Part shown: in pieces, positions 13,326 through 26,400 of the stretch | How the letters are laid out: each line of letters starts with the position of its first letter | Position numbering within the stretch: the stretch's first letter is position 1 | Assembly: GCF_020745735.1 (NCBI RefSeq) | Contig: NC_083413.1 | Span: forward strand, 39,680,001-39,744,000 | Direction of reading: 5' to 3' | Origin: Hemiscyllium ocellatum | Taxonomy: Eukaryota | DNA length: 64,000 nt | Notes under the pieces: model-generated | Database searches by the model: none | Seen by the model: only the letters and a program-made list of their open reading frames with translations | What the model was told of the DNA's origin: nothing | Program-made: the position numbers and the translations under genes

Positions 13326-13525
13326 GAGTAATAGCTGAAATAGGAATATGTGATTAAGGCAGCACAGCCAAATTAAAGACAATCTTACACATTTGTCTCT
13401 CTAGTCTCACCACAATTGTAATGCATTGCAGCTGGAGACAGAGTAGACTATGTAAGATTGACAGGTTGCAATGTTATAAGCATAAAAGGATTCTAGAAGG
13501 ATGTTGCAGATCAAGTATTCATTTT

Positions 13526-13745
13526 TGTGATGGAAATCCGAACTGAAATAACTCCACAAAGGCTGGTATCTCGTCACCAAGTCACCCTTTATTTACACGT
13601 GCATAGTACATGATACTGACCCAGCTAGCTCAGAGCCAACACTCCTGTTTATATTTGTCAACCAGGACTCCCTGACTGGAACATGTTAACAGCTCCAATC
13701 ACAGAACTCATATTCTATGAAGTTCATTTACCTGACCTCGTTACA
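13526..13745 (-). mobile_element. Possible solo LTR
   Basis: Minus strand starts TGTAAC, ends ATCACA and has an internal AATAAA. No clear TSD. Confidence 0.4.
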
Positions 13746-14264
13746 ATCACTAAAAGAACAATGAAATTAACACAACCTTACAATTACATATGGACACTAA
13801 GCACTGGTTTAATTGACATTTTCAAGACTGAAATCAACAGATTCCCCCCCTTGGGCTGGAATATCAAGTAATACGAATCAAAGACTGATAAACTGAGGTA
13901 CAGAGCAAGTACTTTCCAGAGGTTATATGGTCTTGTCATGTTTCTATTTCCATCTGTTTTACATTTCCAATTATTCTAAATTTTTCTTGCATAAAAAAGC
14001 ATATTATCTTCTCTTAATTAAAAATACTTTATAGCACAACAAATATTCGGGTCCACTTATGGATCAAAAAAAATCAAAGTTTGATGCAATAATGCATTGG
14101 TTTTAAAAAAATAGTTTTCAAAAAGATTAGTGCCCGATAATATTTATTCAATCAACATAAATTGGTTGGGATAAAAGTAAATTAAACATCTATAAGGAAT
14201 GTAATCTTAATAAAAGTACAATTAAAAAATTCTCTGATCTGACCGTTTCTGTCTTTCACTTTGA

Positions 14265-14370
14265 ATTTAGCCGGAACCTTCCAGTTAGAGCCGCGGGATC
14301 CGGGGGGATAGATTCTTGCTGCTCAACCTGACGGTTTGGTCACGTGGGGGAGTTTCCTCGCGCAGGGACC
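14265..14370 (+). promoter_or_regulatory. LSG1: LSG1 proximal promoter / 5' UTR, CpG-rich
   Basis: Abrupt switch from AT-rich to CpG-rich sequence. ETS-like CCGGAA (14271-14276), TGACG half-CRE (14329-14333), E-box GTCACGTGG (14339-14347). Strong Kozak context accATGG. Confidence 0.55.
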
Positions 14371-14472
14371 ATGGGCAAGAAGAAAAGCAGCGGCGGCGGC
14401 GGCGGCCTGGGCCGAGCTATCATCAAAGAGAAGAACCAGTCTTCGGGGAGATTGCGGAAAACTGACAGCTGG
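14371..14472 (+). CDS. LSG1: LSG1 coding exon 1 (MGKKK...LGRAIIK...TDSW)
   Basis: ATG at 14371, donor TGG|gtgaga, 102 nt. Confidence 0.92.
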
Positions 14473-17400
14473 GTGAGACTGCTCAGGCATCTTCTCGGGC
14501 CCTCCGACTCCAGCCGAAACCCCTGCACACGACCTATTCCCCAACACCCTCTGCCCCCAAGGTCCCCCTTTCGCCACCTTCTCCTCCCACTGCCCATCTC
14601 ACAGTCCCATGCACTCCCTGCCCACTACCCACTCTGTGCCCACCAACCCACGACCCTCTGCCCCACCCACGACTCCCTCCCCACTACCCCCTTCCCCTCC
14701 CCATTACTCCCCCCTTGCACTTCTGCCCCATCCCCCCCCCCGCCACTTCTGCCCCACTGCAACATTTGTCAGTTCCTCTACAATAACTGAATTTATGAAA
14801 CACTCTTGCTTCAGTGTTGATCTTGTTGACATCGTTGTGATAACTGGATCTACTTCGATTGTATCACCCGTAGCTTCACACAAGTGAACTGAATGATGGC
14901 TATAACTGGGGCCGGCTCAACTTGCAATCTGTAACAGAACAAAGTACTTTAGATGAATTCCTTGCAACTGCAGAACTGGCAGGCACAGAGTTTGTAGCTG
15001 GTAAGATATTTTGAAAATAGTTCAGAATTCTAGGTGTGCGGTTCCATCAATGCACTGTTCTTTGTTACCTTGCTCTGATTAAGATCCATTTTGATATTTT
15101 CATTTTTTTTTCTAGTTCAATTATATTTGAAAGCCTACATTTCTCTTTTATAAAAAGGCCAGGTAAATAATCATTGTTTAGGTCTGTCTGAATCATCAGC
15201 ACTTGGGTATAAGCTGAATTTTCAACATTGAGTTTTATTTCCAGGAACTGATATCAAGAGAATAAAATTAAGTATTGTGAATACTAGGGAAAAAATGAGG
15301 TCTGCAGATGCTGGAGATCACAGCTGCAAATGTGTTGCTGGTCAAAGCACAGCAGGTTAGGCAGCATCTCAGGAATAGAGAATTCGACGTTTCGAGCATA
15401 AGCCCTTCATCAGGTATGCTTATTCCTGATGAAGGGCTTATGCTCGAAACGTCGAATTCTCTATTCCTGAGATGCTGCCTAACCTGCTGTGCTTTGACCA
15501 GCAACACATTTGCAGCTGAATACTAGGGAAACAAAATATAAATTGATGGTGACACTCTGCAGGTCTAGTAGCATCTGTGGGAAGAAAACAGTTCTGATAA
15601 AGAGTCACTGGACTCAAAGCATTAACTCTGCTTTCTTCCCACTGATGCCAAGGGTGTATTGTCGTCAGATTTGTACTTTCTGTTATTAACCTTGCTATCT
15701 TGAGGATAACATGACTTGACCAATAGCTACCAGTATTCTTTCTCTGTTGTTTAAATACACCTTTTCTCTGTTTAAATAAATTATTAACATTTAGAGATGT
15801 TTTCTGATTCTGCATACTATTCTGACCACTTTGTCTAGGTCTTTTCCTATCATGATGGCACAATTTGTTAATTTTCACTAGTGTATTTAGATAGGCTACT
15901 CAATTTTTTTTCTCAAGAGATTTTTCGGCAGGTTGTTCTCATCATTTCAAATTCAAAATATGCATTGTCCTGATTTTCTATCTGAAATCCATTAACCCTA
16001 AGAACATGCAAAATCATAAAAGTAGACTGTTCTAGACCATTTTGAAAGTCAGCCATCTCCGTTTCAGGGAGCTCCTTAGGATAGTATCCTCAGCCTAAAT
16101 ATCTCCAGTTGCTTCATCAAAGATCATCCTCCATCTACCATAAAGAGTTGGAGATGTTTGTTGAAATTGCACAAATTTCAGTGCAATTCACGACTCCCCA
16201 TGTACTGAAGCATATCCAAATGCAGCAGGACTTGGACAATGTCTAGTTTGGACTGACAAGTGGCAAGTAACATTTGTGCCAAACAATGACCATCTCCAAC
16301 AAGAGGAATTCTAACCATTAATTCTTTTTCATTCAGTGGCATTGCTTTCAATATTCTGGGGTTACCATTAACCAGAGGGTTACCATTAACCAGAAACTGA
16401 ACTTGACGAGCAATCCTGATGAAGGACTCTTGCCCGAAAAGTTAATTCTCCTTCTCCTCGGATACTGCCTGACCAGCTGTGCTGATCAAGCACCATACTC
16501 TTGACTCTGATCTCCAGCATCTGCAGTCTTCATTTTCTCCTAACTATATAAATACTGTGGCTACAAGACCAAATCACAAACTAAGAATACTGCAGCTCGT
16601 AATGCCCTCTATTTCTCCAAAGTTTGTACAGCATCTACAATGCACAAGTCAGGAGTGTGATGAAATACTTCGTTCCTGCCTGGATGAGTACATCTCCAAC
16701 AACACACTCAAAGCTTGATGCCATCCAGGTAGCTCTCTTGATTGGTACCAACATTGTCACTTGTTCATACCCTCCACTATCAAAGCCCAGTAGCATCAGG
16801 AACAAGATGAACTGCAGGAATTCTCAAGGCTCCTTAGACAGCATTTCCAAACCCATGGTCACTACCACTTGGAAGGACAAGGTCAGCAGATAAATGCAAA
16901 CAGAACCCATCTGCAAGTTCCCTTCCAAACAACACACCATCCTGACATGAAAATATATCACAACTCCTTCAATCTTGCCGGGTCAAATTCCTGAAATCCC
17001 TCTCCCAAATAACACTGTACTTTTAGCTATACTAAGTTGACTGTAGTGGTTCAAATGCAGCTCATTACCACTTCCTAAGGACATCTAGGGATGGTTAATA
17101 AATGCTAGCCCAGCCACGTACATGTACTACCTATGAAAGAAAATTGACTCTTAATATTTTCCCAATGATAGATATTGGTGCCAAAGGCAGTTGAATCAAG
17201 AGTGTGATGAAATGCGTAATAAAAATTAGTTGATGTTTAATGCAGTATAGATGACAGTCATACAGGATTTTTGTTTATTTATTGCACGATTTGTGACAGT
17301 TGTGCTGTATGTCCACTGTATACTTGTGGGAAGTATGTTTTAATATAAACCATTACTTTGTTGATGGCCTACAAGTGTTTATACCTGAGATACTATGGCA

Positions 17401-20400
17401 GTGTTTGTAATTGAGAGAAAATCTGTGGAAGAAGTTTTTAGTATGTATTCATAACAAAGTTTAAATTTCTATGTTGATAGAGAAACTGAATGTCAAGATT
17501 ATTTCTGCTGAGGACAGAACTGGTTTACTGACAACAGAGGAAAGCAAAAAGATTAAAAAGATTCAAGAAGAGAATAAGCAGTTTCTTTCCATTCCCAGAA
17601 GGTGCAAAAGTGTTCCAATATTTATTCTTTAAAGATTTTGATTTATGAACACAACTGTATTGTTCAGGAAAGATGAAATATTTTAATGCTGGAAACTCTT
17701 CTGCAGCAGATAACTCAAATAATATTCTATTATTCTAATTGACTTTCTGCAGACTGCTCACTTTGTGTCCTGAGTCAATTTCAAACTGCACCTGAAATAA
17801 CTTATTTCTGTATTATCTGAATGATCCTCAATGATTCAGTGTATTATATTATTTTTGATTAACTAAAATATGAACTTTATGTCCAATGTACTTCGATTTT
17901 AAGGCATAGTTGAAAGATAAAATATTTTTTACTTTTTTTTAAAATTAGAAGTTTGCACTTGTTCAGTTTTCCAATGAATTACCTTTTGAATCAATCCTTT
18001 TGTTGACCTTGTCGACATTATTCTGTGGAACTAGGGTCAGTTTCCAAATGTATACAGATAACATCCAGTTGTCCCATCTTCCAGCTTCCATCTCTCCAGT
18101 GTCTGTTGCTAAACTGAATGTCAGATATCTAATTTTGGATGAATCAATTTTCTCTGACTCTCAAGTTCTACTAAATGTAAAGTCACACCCTGTATTTGGG
18201 CCAATTAAAAGTTTTGTTTTAATCTTTTTCTCAATTAGACTGGAAGTTGGCTAATGTGGTGCCACTATTTAAGAAAGGTTGTAAGGAAAAGCCAGGAAAC
18301 TATAAACTAGCGAGCCTGACATTAGTGGTAGGCAAGTTGTTGGAGAATCCTGAGAGACAGGATTTACATGTATTTGGAAAGCCAAAGGCTGATTAGGGAT
18401 AGTCAACATTCCTTTGTACATGGGAAACCATATGTCACTAACTTGAGTTTTTTGAAGAAGTAACAAAGTGTTACTTGGTGAGTGTTGCAGTTTGTATGTG
18501 ATTAACATTTTTTGTGAATTAAATACTAATGGGTATGAAATTTATTTAACATGAAAATTCATAATGAGAGCAGAGTGGTAGATGTGATCTAATGGTCCAG
18601 TAAGATGTTCATCAAGGTTCCTCATGGTAGACTGGTTAGCAAGGTTAGAACAAATGGAATACAGGCAGAACTAACTATTTGGACACAGAACAGACTCAAA
18701 GACAGAGGGTGGTGATGGAGGGCTCTTCTTCAAACTGGAGGCCTGTGACCTGTGGTGTGTCACAAGGATCAGTGCTGGGTCCACTGCTTTTCGTCATTTA
18801 TATAAATGATTTGAATGTGAATATAGGAGATGTAGTTAGAAGGTTTGCAGATGACACCAAAATTGGAGGTGTAGTGGACAGTGAAGAAGGTTACCTTGGA
18901 GTACAACGGGATCTTGATCAGATGGATGAATGAGTCAAGGAATGGCAGATGGTGTTTAATTTTGATAAATGTGAGGTGCTGCAGTTTGGAAAGACAAATC
19001 AGGGCAGGACTTATACACTTAATGGTAGGGGTCACTGGGAGTGTTGCTGAATAAAGAGACCTTGGAGTGCAAGTTCATAATTCCTTGAAAGTGGAACTGC
19101 AGATGGACAGGATTCTGAAGAAGGCTTTTGGTGAACTTGCATTTATTGGTCGGTACATTGAGTATAGGACTTGGGAGGTCCTGTTGCGGCTAGGCCACAT
19201 TTGGAATACTGCATGAATTCTGGTCTCCCTGCCATAGGAAGGATGTTGTAAAATATAAAAGGGCTCAGAAAAGACTGACAAGGATGTTGCCAGGATTGGG
19301 TGGGTTTGAGCTATAGAGAGAGACTGAATAGGCTGGGGCTATTTTCCCTGGAGAATCGGAGGCTGAGGGTGACCTTATAGAGGTTTATAAAATTGATGGG
19401 CTGGAATGGGTGAGTAGACAAAGTCTTCCCTGGGATGGATGAGTCCAAAACTAGAGGCCATAAGTTTAAGGTAAGAGGGGAAAGATTTGAAAGGGACATA
19501 AAGAGCAACCTTTTCACGCAGTGAGTGTTGCATGTTTGGAAAGAGCTGCCAGAGGAAGTGGTGGAGGCTTCCAACAGTTACAACATTTAAAAGGCATCTG
19601 GACGGGTATATGAATAGGAGGAGTTTAGAGGGATATGGGCCAAATGCTGGCAAATGGGACTAGATGAATGTAGCATATCTGGTCCGTGTGGATGAGTTGG
19701 ATCGAAGGTTCTGTTTTCATGCTGTATGTCTCTATGACTCTGGTTGCCTTTTATGTAGGCCTTATTGGGATGAGAATACAGAAGCTGAAGAACTGCAACA
19801 ATCAGAACGGGAAAACTTCCTGGAATGGAGAAGACAGCTGGCTCGGTGAGTGTTGCAGTTTGTATGTTATTAAAATTTGTGTAAATTAAATACTAATGGG
19901 TATGAAATTTATTTAACATAAAAAGTCTTGTGATTTTGGGTCCAAGACCTTGAAGCACATGAGGGCAACTATGAATCGCTGGATGTTTCCTGCTGCCTTA
20001 CTTAATCATTTTATAACTTTAATTCAATGACCTTTTAACTTTGGTTGCTTGAAGCTTCATTGTCATAGAGTTCACTCATCAAAAGAATCTAGAGATTTGT
20101 TTTGAAGATCTTATGCCTTAGTTAAGATTGTCAGAATTGTGATTTTTAACTGAGTCGGAATTGTGATTGTAGGCAGAAAAAAAATGTGTCCCTCCCTTCA
20201 GTAAACATACTTGGAATCTCTGCCAGGACTTCATTTAAATTTTCTGTGATGGTAACAGTGTGTTAGACAAAATCCTGTAATTGAGAATTGGGTTAAGTGT
20301 GAATAGACATAGGTGAACTTAGATGTAGCTAGGCATCTCTTTCCCAAAACAAACACATTCATTCATCATCTTACCTTACTAGTTAAGCAAACTTTCATCT

Positions 20401-23400
20401 GCAACTGATTCCATAACCGCCCTGAATACCCATAATATGAGCAAGATGTTTTCCTGTTTGGGGTGATCTAGAACAAGAGGTTGTAGTGTTCGGTTAAAAG
20501 GTGGCAGATTTAAAACAAAGCTGAGGAGGAATTGCTTCTGAGTTATGAACCCATGGAATTCTGTACTCCCGACCACAGAGAATGCTGGATACTGAATAAA
20601 TTTGAGGAGATAGACAGACTTTTAAATGGTATGGGCAGCAGGCAAGAAAGTGGAAATGAGGTCGAGGTGAGATCAACTATCATTGGATTAAATAGTGGAC
20701 CAGGCTTGAGGGGCTGAGTTACCTTTTCCTGTCCTAGTTCTAATGTTCTTGTATAAGACTTGGAAGTTGCTTGGGCTCAATTTTCCCACCATAAGGCAAT
20801 GTGAAAGGTATGATTATGGCGTTACCATAATATAGTGCAATGTCTTGCAATACCTGCAACTGGCAATCCAGATCCACAGTCCACACGTGACAAAGTAGTG
20901 TCTTAGTTGCACAGATTCCCACCTCTTTACCATGATCTGAAGCACAAATGTTAACAGCATGAAAATCAACAATATTGCTTTCAAGCCACAAATGTGCGGA
21001 ATAATCCCCCTCCAGAAAATTTGGAATTGTCCTAATCAAACTGAGTGATCACTGATCAGCCAACTTCAGCACTTGTTGAACTTTATATAGAAAGCAATCT
21101 AGTAAAGGTTTAACACCATTTTCTCTTAAAGTGCAGATTGTTTCTGGACAAAATGCATTTATCTTGCACTAAAACTTCCAGGAACAATTTTTTTAAAAGC
21201 AATTCTTATTCTCTCTTTATCTCCAGATTGGAAGAAGAACGCAACTTGATCCTGACACCGTTCGAAAGGAATTTAGAGTTTTGGCGACAACTATGGAGAG
21301 TGATTGAAAGAAGGTATGGTATGTAGAGCTAACATCCCTTTAAAATCACAATCTAGATTATCTTACTTTGCTGTCAAAAACTTGGAATACTAAGCAGAAT
21401 ATTTAAATCTATGTGATGAATAGGCACTTAGTTGGGATGTATTTTATAACTATAAGAGATCTATCTTGGCTTATGAATTTAGTTAAATTTAGATAAGGCA
21501 ATTCAATATTTATTGTGTATTGTGAAACAATCCTTACTTTATTGTTTGGGGTTTATGGTTTCTGTTGAATTTAGAAAGTTGTCTTAATACACTTGGGCAT
21601 TCTTCCTCCATCCTTTGCCTGATCCAGACTGAACATGGTGTTCAGCTTTATGGTGTTAATTTGCCATATTTTAAAGTTAATATTTTTTTCATTGTGGCAT
21701 AATTTTCAACTTTTCCAATAATGCTTTGCAACTTGCAGAATTGATATACAGAGCATGAAAAGTTCAGTTGTCATGTGTTATCTCTGTCGCACAACCTCTG
21801 GAGGATATCTTTTCCAACTCATCATAGTTTTAATTTTTTTTATATAAATCACAGGATGTGGTCATTACTGCCACATTTATCACCAACTTGAGTTGGCCTT
21901 GAGAATGTTTTTCTGAAACCGCTGCAGACCATCTAGTGCAGGTACACCCATAAGCTCCAGGGAGTTCCAGGATTTTGATCTAGTGACACTGAAAGATACA
22001 TATCCAAGTCTAGCCAGTGAGTGGTTGTGAGAGGAACCTCCAGATATGGTGTTTACATGTATCTGCTTCTCCTGTCCTTCGAGATGGTGGTGGTCATGGA
22101 TTTGGAAGGTGCTTTTGAAGAAGCCTTGGTGAACTTCTACAGTACACTTTGCAAATATAATGCACTTATGCTAAATATCAATGGTAGAGTGATGAATGTT
22201 TGCTGATGTGGTGTCAATAAAGTGGACTGTTTTGTCGTGGATTGTGCCAAGCTTCTTGAATGTTGGAGATGCATTCATCCAGGCATGTGTGGAGTATTCC
22301 ATCACATTCCTAAATGTATCTTATGCATGATGGACAGTCATTGGAGAGTTAAGAGTTGGGTTAGTCACAGCAAGATTCTTAGCCTTTGGTCTGTTGCTGT
22401 AGTCACAACACTTGAATGAATAGCCCAGTTTGGTTTTTGGTCAGTGTTAACCTAGGATGTTGATAGTGGGGTGTCCATGGATGATACAATTGAATGACAA
22501 GGGATGATGGTTTGACTATCTCTCTTCTTGGAAATGTTCATTACCTGACACTTGTCTGGTATGAACATTACTTGCCACTTTTTAGCCCAGTTTGGACATT
22601 GTCCAGGTCTTGTTGCAATTAGGTGAAGAGTTGTGAATGGCTGCTGAACATTGTACTGTCAGCAGACATCCTTTTTAACTTTCTGATGAAAAACATCATT
22701 GAAGAAGGTGGAGATGGTTGTGCCAAGGACATGATCCTGAGGAATGTCTGCAGAATTGATCTAGAGCTGAGATGACTGACTCCGGTCCTTCTCCTCTATT
22801 ATCCTGTGTGCCAGGTATGACTCCAATTGGCAGAGACCTTTCCCTCTGATTCCCATTGACTCCAGTTATGTTAAGCTCCTTGATGCCACACTCCAGTCAA
22901 ATGTGCTTGATTCCGAGGGCAGTCAGTCTTGTCTCATCTCTGGTGTTCAGCTCCTTTGTCCAGATTTGGACCAAGGCTGCACTGAGGTCAGACGCAGGGT
23001 GGCCTTGGGGAAACTCATAATGAATGTTAGTGAACAAGTGCTGCTTGTTAGTGATGTTAGTAACACTTTAAATCACATTGTTAATGATTTTGTAGACAGG
23101 ACGTACCTAGACAATTTTCCATATTACAAGGAGGATGCAAGTGTTGGGTCTGTACTGGAACAATTTGGCTAGGACGTGGCAAGTTCTGGAGCACAAACTT
23201 TAGTAGTATTGCTGAAATGCTGTCAGGGCATATAGCTTTTGTAGCATTCAGTGCCTCCAATTGTTTTTGATATCGTGTTGCAAATTGAATTTGCTGAGTG
23301 CTAGCACCTGTGATGCGGGGGACCTCTGGACGAAGATGGAGATGGATCATCCACTTGGCACTTTTGGTTGAGATTTGTTGCAATTGCTTTAACCTTATCT

Positions 23401-26400
23401 CTTCCACTGATGTTGGGTTCCCTGTTTTTGAGCTTGGGATATTTATGGACCTGTTTCTTTAATGAATTGTTTAATTGTCCCCCAACATTCCTGACTAGAT
23501 ATGGCAGGACTGCAGAACTTAAATTGAATACATTGGTTGTGGAATCACTGAGCTGTGTCAGTCACTTGTTACTTATGTTATTTGGCACAAAGATCATTTT
23601 GTTTGTAGCTGCACGGGAACTTCATTTTAACTTGTGCCTGGTGTTGCTGCTGGTATGTCCTCCTGCTTGCTTCACTGAACCAGTGTTGATTCCCTGGCTT
23701 GATGCTAATTGTAAAGTGGGGGATATGTTGGCTGTGCAGTTGTAGGTTATGTTAGTGTGATTCTGCTGCCACAGCGTCTCATGAGTGCCCCATCTTGATT
23801 TTGCTATATTGAATTGAATTAATTTTTTGTCATGTGTACCAAGGCACAGTGAAAAGCTTTGTCTTGTGAGCAGTACGGGCAAATCACTGAGTTAAGTAGC
23901 ATAGATAAGTTAATAATGGGTAAACAGTGACAGAAACAAAAACACAGGTACAACCGAATGTTAAGAGTTTGTGAGTCCATTCCTTATTCTAACAACAGTA
24001 GGGTAGAAAAGGTTTTGAAACTGGCTGCTGCGTGTGTTCAGGCTTCTGTACCTTCGCCCCGATGGTAGAGGTGGTAGAAAAACGTTGCCAGGGTGGGATG
24101 GATCTTTGAGAATGCTGGCAGGCTTTCCTTGACAGCGGGCCTGGTAAATGGGTTCTATAGATAGGAGGTTGGCCTTTGTGATTGTCCGGGCCAAGTTCAC
24201 CACTCTCTGTAACTGTCTCCTATCTTGAATGGTACAGTTGCCATACCAGGTGGTGATGGCATGGTGATAGTGTCATGCAACTCAATCGAGGACATTCTCA
24301 ATGTGAAGACAAGGACTTTGCAGTAGTCATTGTTATCACTACTGTCATGGACAGATACACTGGTGGCAGGCAGTTTGATGACGATGAGGTCAAGTATGGT
24401 TTTTCCTCTTGTTGGTTCAGTCCAGCAGCTGTTTGACCAGCTTGGTCCGTAGTGGTACTGCCTTGCCACATTTGATGCTGGACATTGAAATCCCCCACCC
24501 AGAGTACTACGCATGCCCTTGGTGTTTCATCCAAGTGTTGCTCAACATGGAGTAGTACTAATCCATCAACTGAGGGAGGAATGGTGGCACGCGCTAATCC
24601 GAAAATTATCTTGTCCATCTCATCTGATGCCATCAGACTTCGTGGGGTCTGGAGTCAAGATTGGAGACTCCTAGGACAGTTTCCTCCCTTCTACAGTCAC
24701 CTCTACTAGAATAGTGATGCCTTTGGGACATGTTAAAGTATGACTCCGAGATAATGTTGCTTGCCTAGTCTGAGTTGAAAATCTTATTCTACTAAATTAT
24801 TGTGTCATAATTGATCTACCGAATTATTTTTTGTTTCTGCAGTGATGTAGTTGTTCAGATTGTTGATGCTAGAAACCCACTGCTTTTCCGCTGTGAAGAC
24901 TTAGTAAGTAAAAGCTTATTTATAACTTTTTGCCAGAAATAAAATGCCTCATCTCATTTTAAGTGTAAATATGGTTTCAAACTCGTGAGGATTTTAGCCA
25001 TTAGTTCTTCTACCCATATTTAGACCCAAGCTAAAATGATGTGGTCACATTTAAAGTATCTTTTTTAGCATTTAAATAGGCCACATTTCGTTAGAATGTT
25101 ATACCCAAGATTCTAAATGACACCACATCTGGAGGTCACCAGCATCCCCGGTGTAGATCTTCAGTCAATTTGATTCAGTCCACATGAATGAAGAAACAGC
25201 TGGAGGCACTGGATACTGAAAATACTATGGATACTGCAAATACAGGTGGTATTTCAGCAATGGTATTGAAGGCATGTGTTCTAGAATTTCTTCACTGACA
25301 TCTCCTGATAGTGTGGAAATTTGTCCAGGTATATCCTCCATGCAAAAGCAGGACAAATCCACTTTGGCCAATTAGTCCACCCTCAATCATCAGTGAAGTG
25401 GTGGAGGGTGTCGTCAACAGTGCTGTAAGCAGCACTTGCTTATCAGTAACTTGCTCACTGATGCTCAGTCTAGACTGCACCAGGATCAGCTCCAGATCCT
25501 ATTACACTATTGATTCAAGATTAGATTAGATTAGATTCGCTACAGTGTGGAAGCAGGCCCTTCGGCCCAACAAGTCCACACCGACCCTCCGAAGAGTAAC
25601 CCACCCAGACCCAATTCCTTACCTATATTTACCCCGACTAATGCACCTAAGACTACGGGCAATTTAGCATGGCCAATTCACCGGACATGCACATCTTTGG
25701 ATTGTGGGAGGAAACAAGAGCACCTGGACGAAACCCACGCAGACACTGAGAGAATGTACAAGCTCCACACAGACAGTCGCCCGAGAGTGGAATCGAACCT
25801 GGGACCCTGGTGCTGTGAGGCAGCAGTGCTAACCACTGAGCCACCGTGCTGCCCAAGTAAGGGTAAAAGAGCTGAATTCTTGTGATGAAGTAAGAGTGGT
25901 TACATTGTAACAGTTGATATATTAAAATAACCTGCGCATTTTCTCTACTTTTTTTATTGCTTAGTTTCTGTTTTTCACTGTCTCACCACTTGCATTTTGA
26001 AAAACATTACAATTCACAAATTGTGTTCTGTTTCAAGACAATTGCACTTCTCCTTGATCATGTGCAGTTCTTTCTGCTGGTCTTGTATGATGCTATTTCT
26101 CCTTTAACTGAATGTAACTATTAACAAAAACAGTTACATGTACAAATCGTATTCTTTCAAACTGCCTTGACAGTTACTCTCTGCTTTTAGCTCCAGCCTC
26201 ACATGCTGAAGATCTTGCTCTTTGCTGTTTCTAGATTTATTGGTGCTTTAGTTATAGACTATACTTCGAGAAGTACATGTGGCCAGGCCTCATCCCAATT
26301 TTTTATCTTATGTCATGGAGTACAGATTTCAACATTCACTGGTCTAACAAGTTGCAGCAGTTGATTCCAGACTGAAAAACTATTCTATGTGAAGTATAGG

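Noticed and set aside
14344-14790. 148-aa ORF as a standalone gene
   Set aside because: It is LSG1 exon 1 read through the donor at 14473 into the C-rich intron. The real start is ATG 14371.
15268-15526. Near-identical ORFs on both strands
   Set aside because: A consequence of the palindrome, not protein coding.
16358-16396. Short tandem duplications (also ~60805-60868 and ~61652-61690)
   Set aside because: Two-copy slippage duplications inside dead LINEs. No spacer-repeat or CRISPR-like structure.
25780-25854. tRNA-like sequence with A and B boxes
   Set aside because: It is the head of a SINE, continuing into the SINE core and tail, not a tRNA gene.
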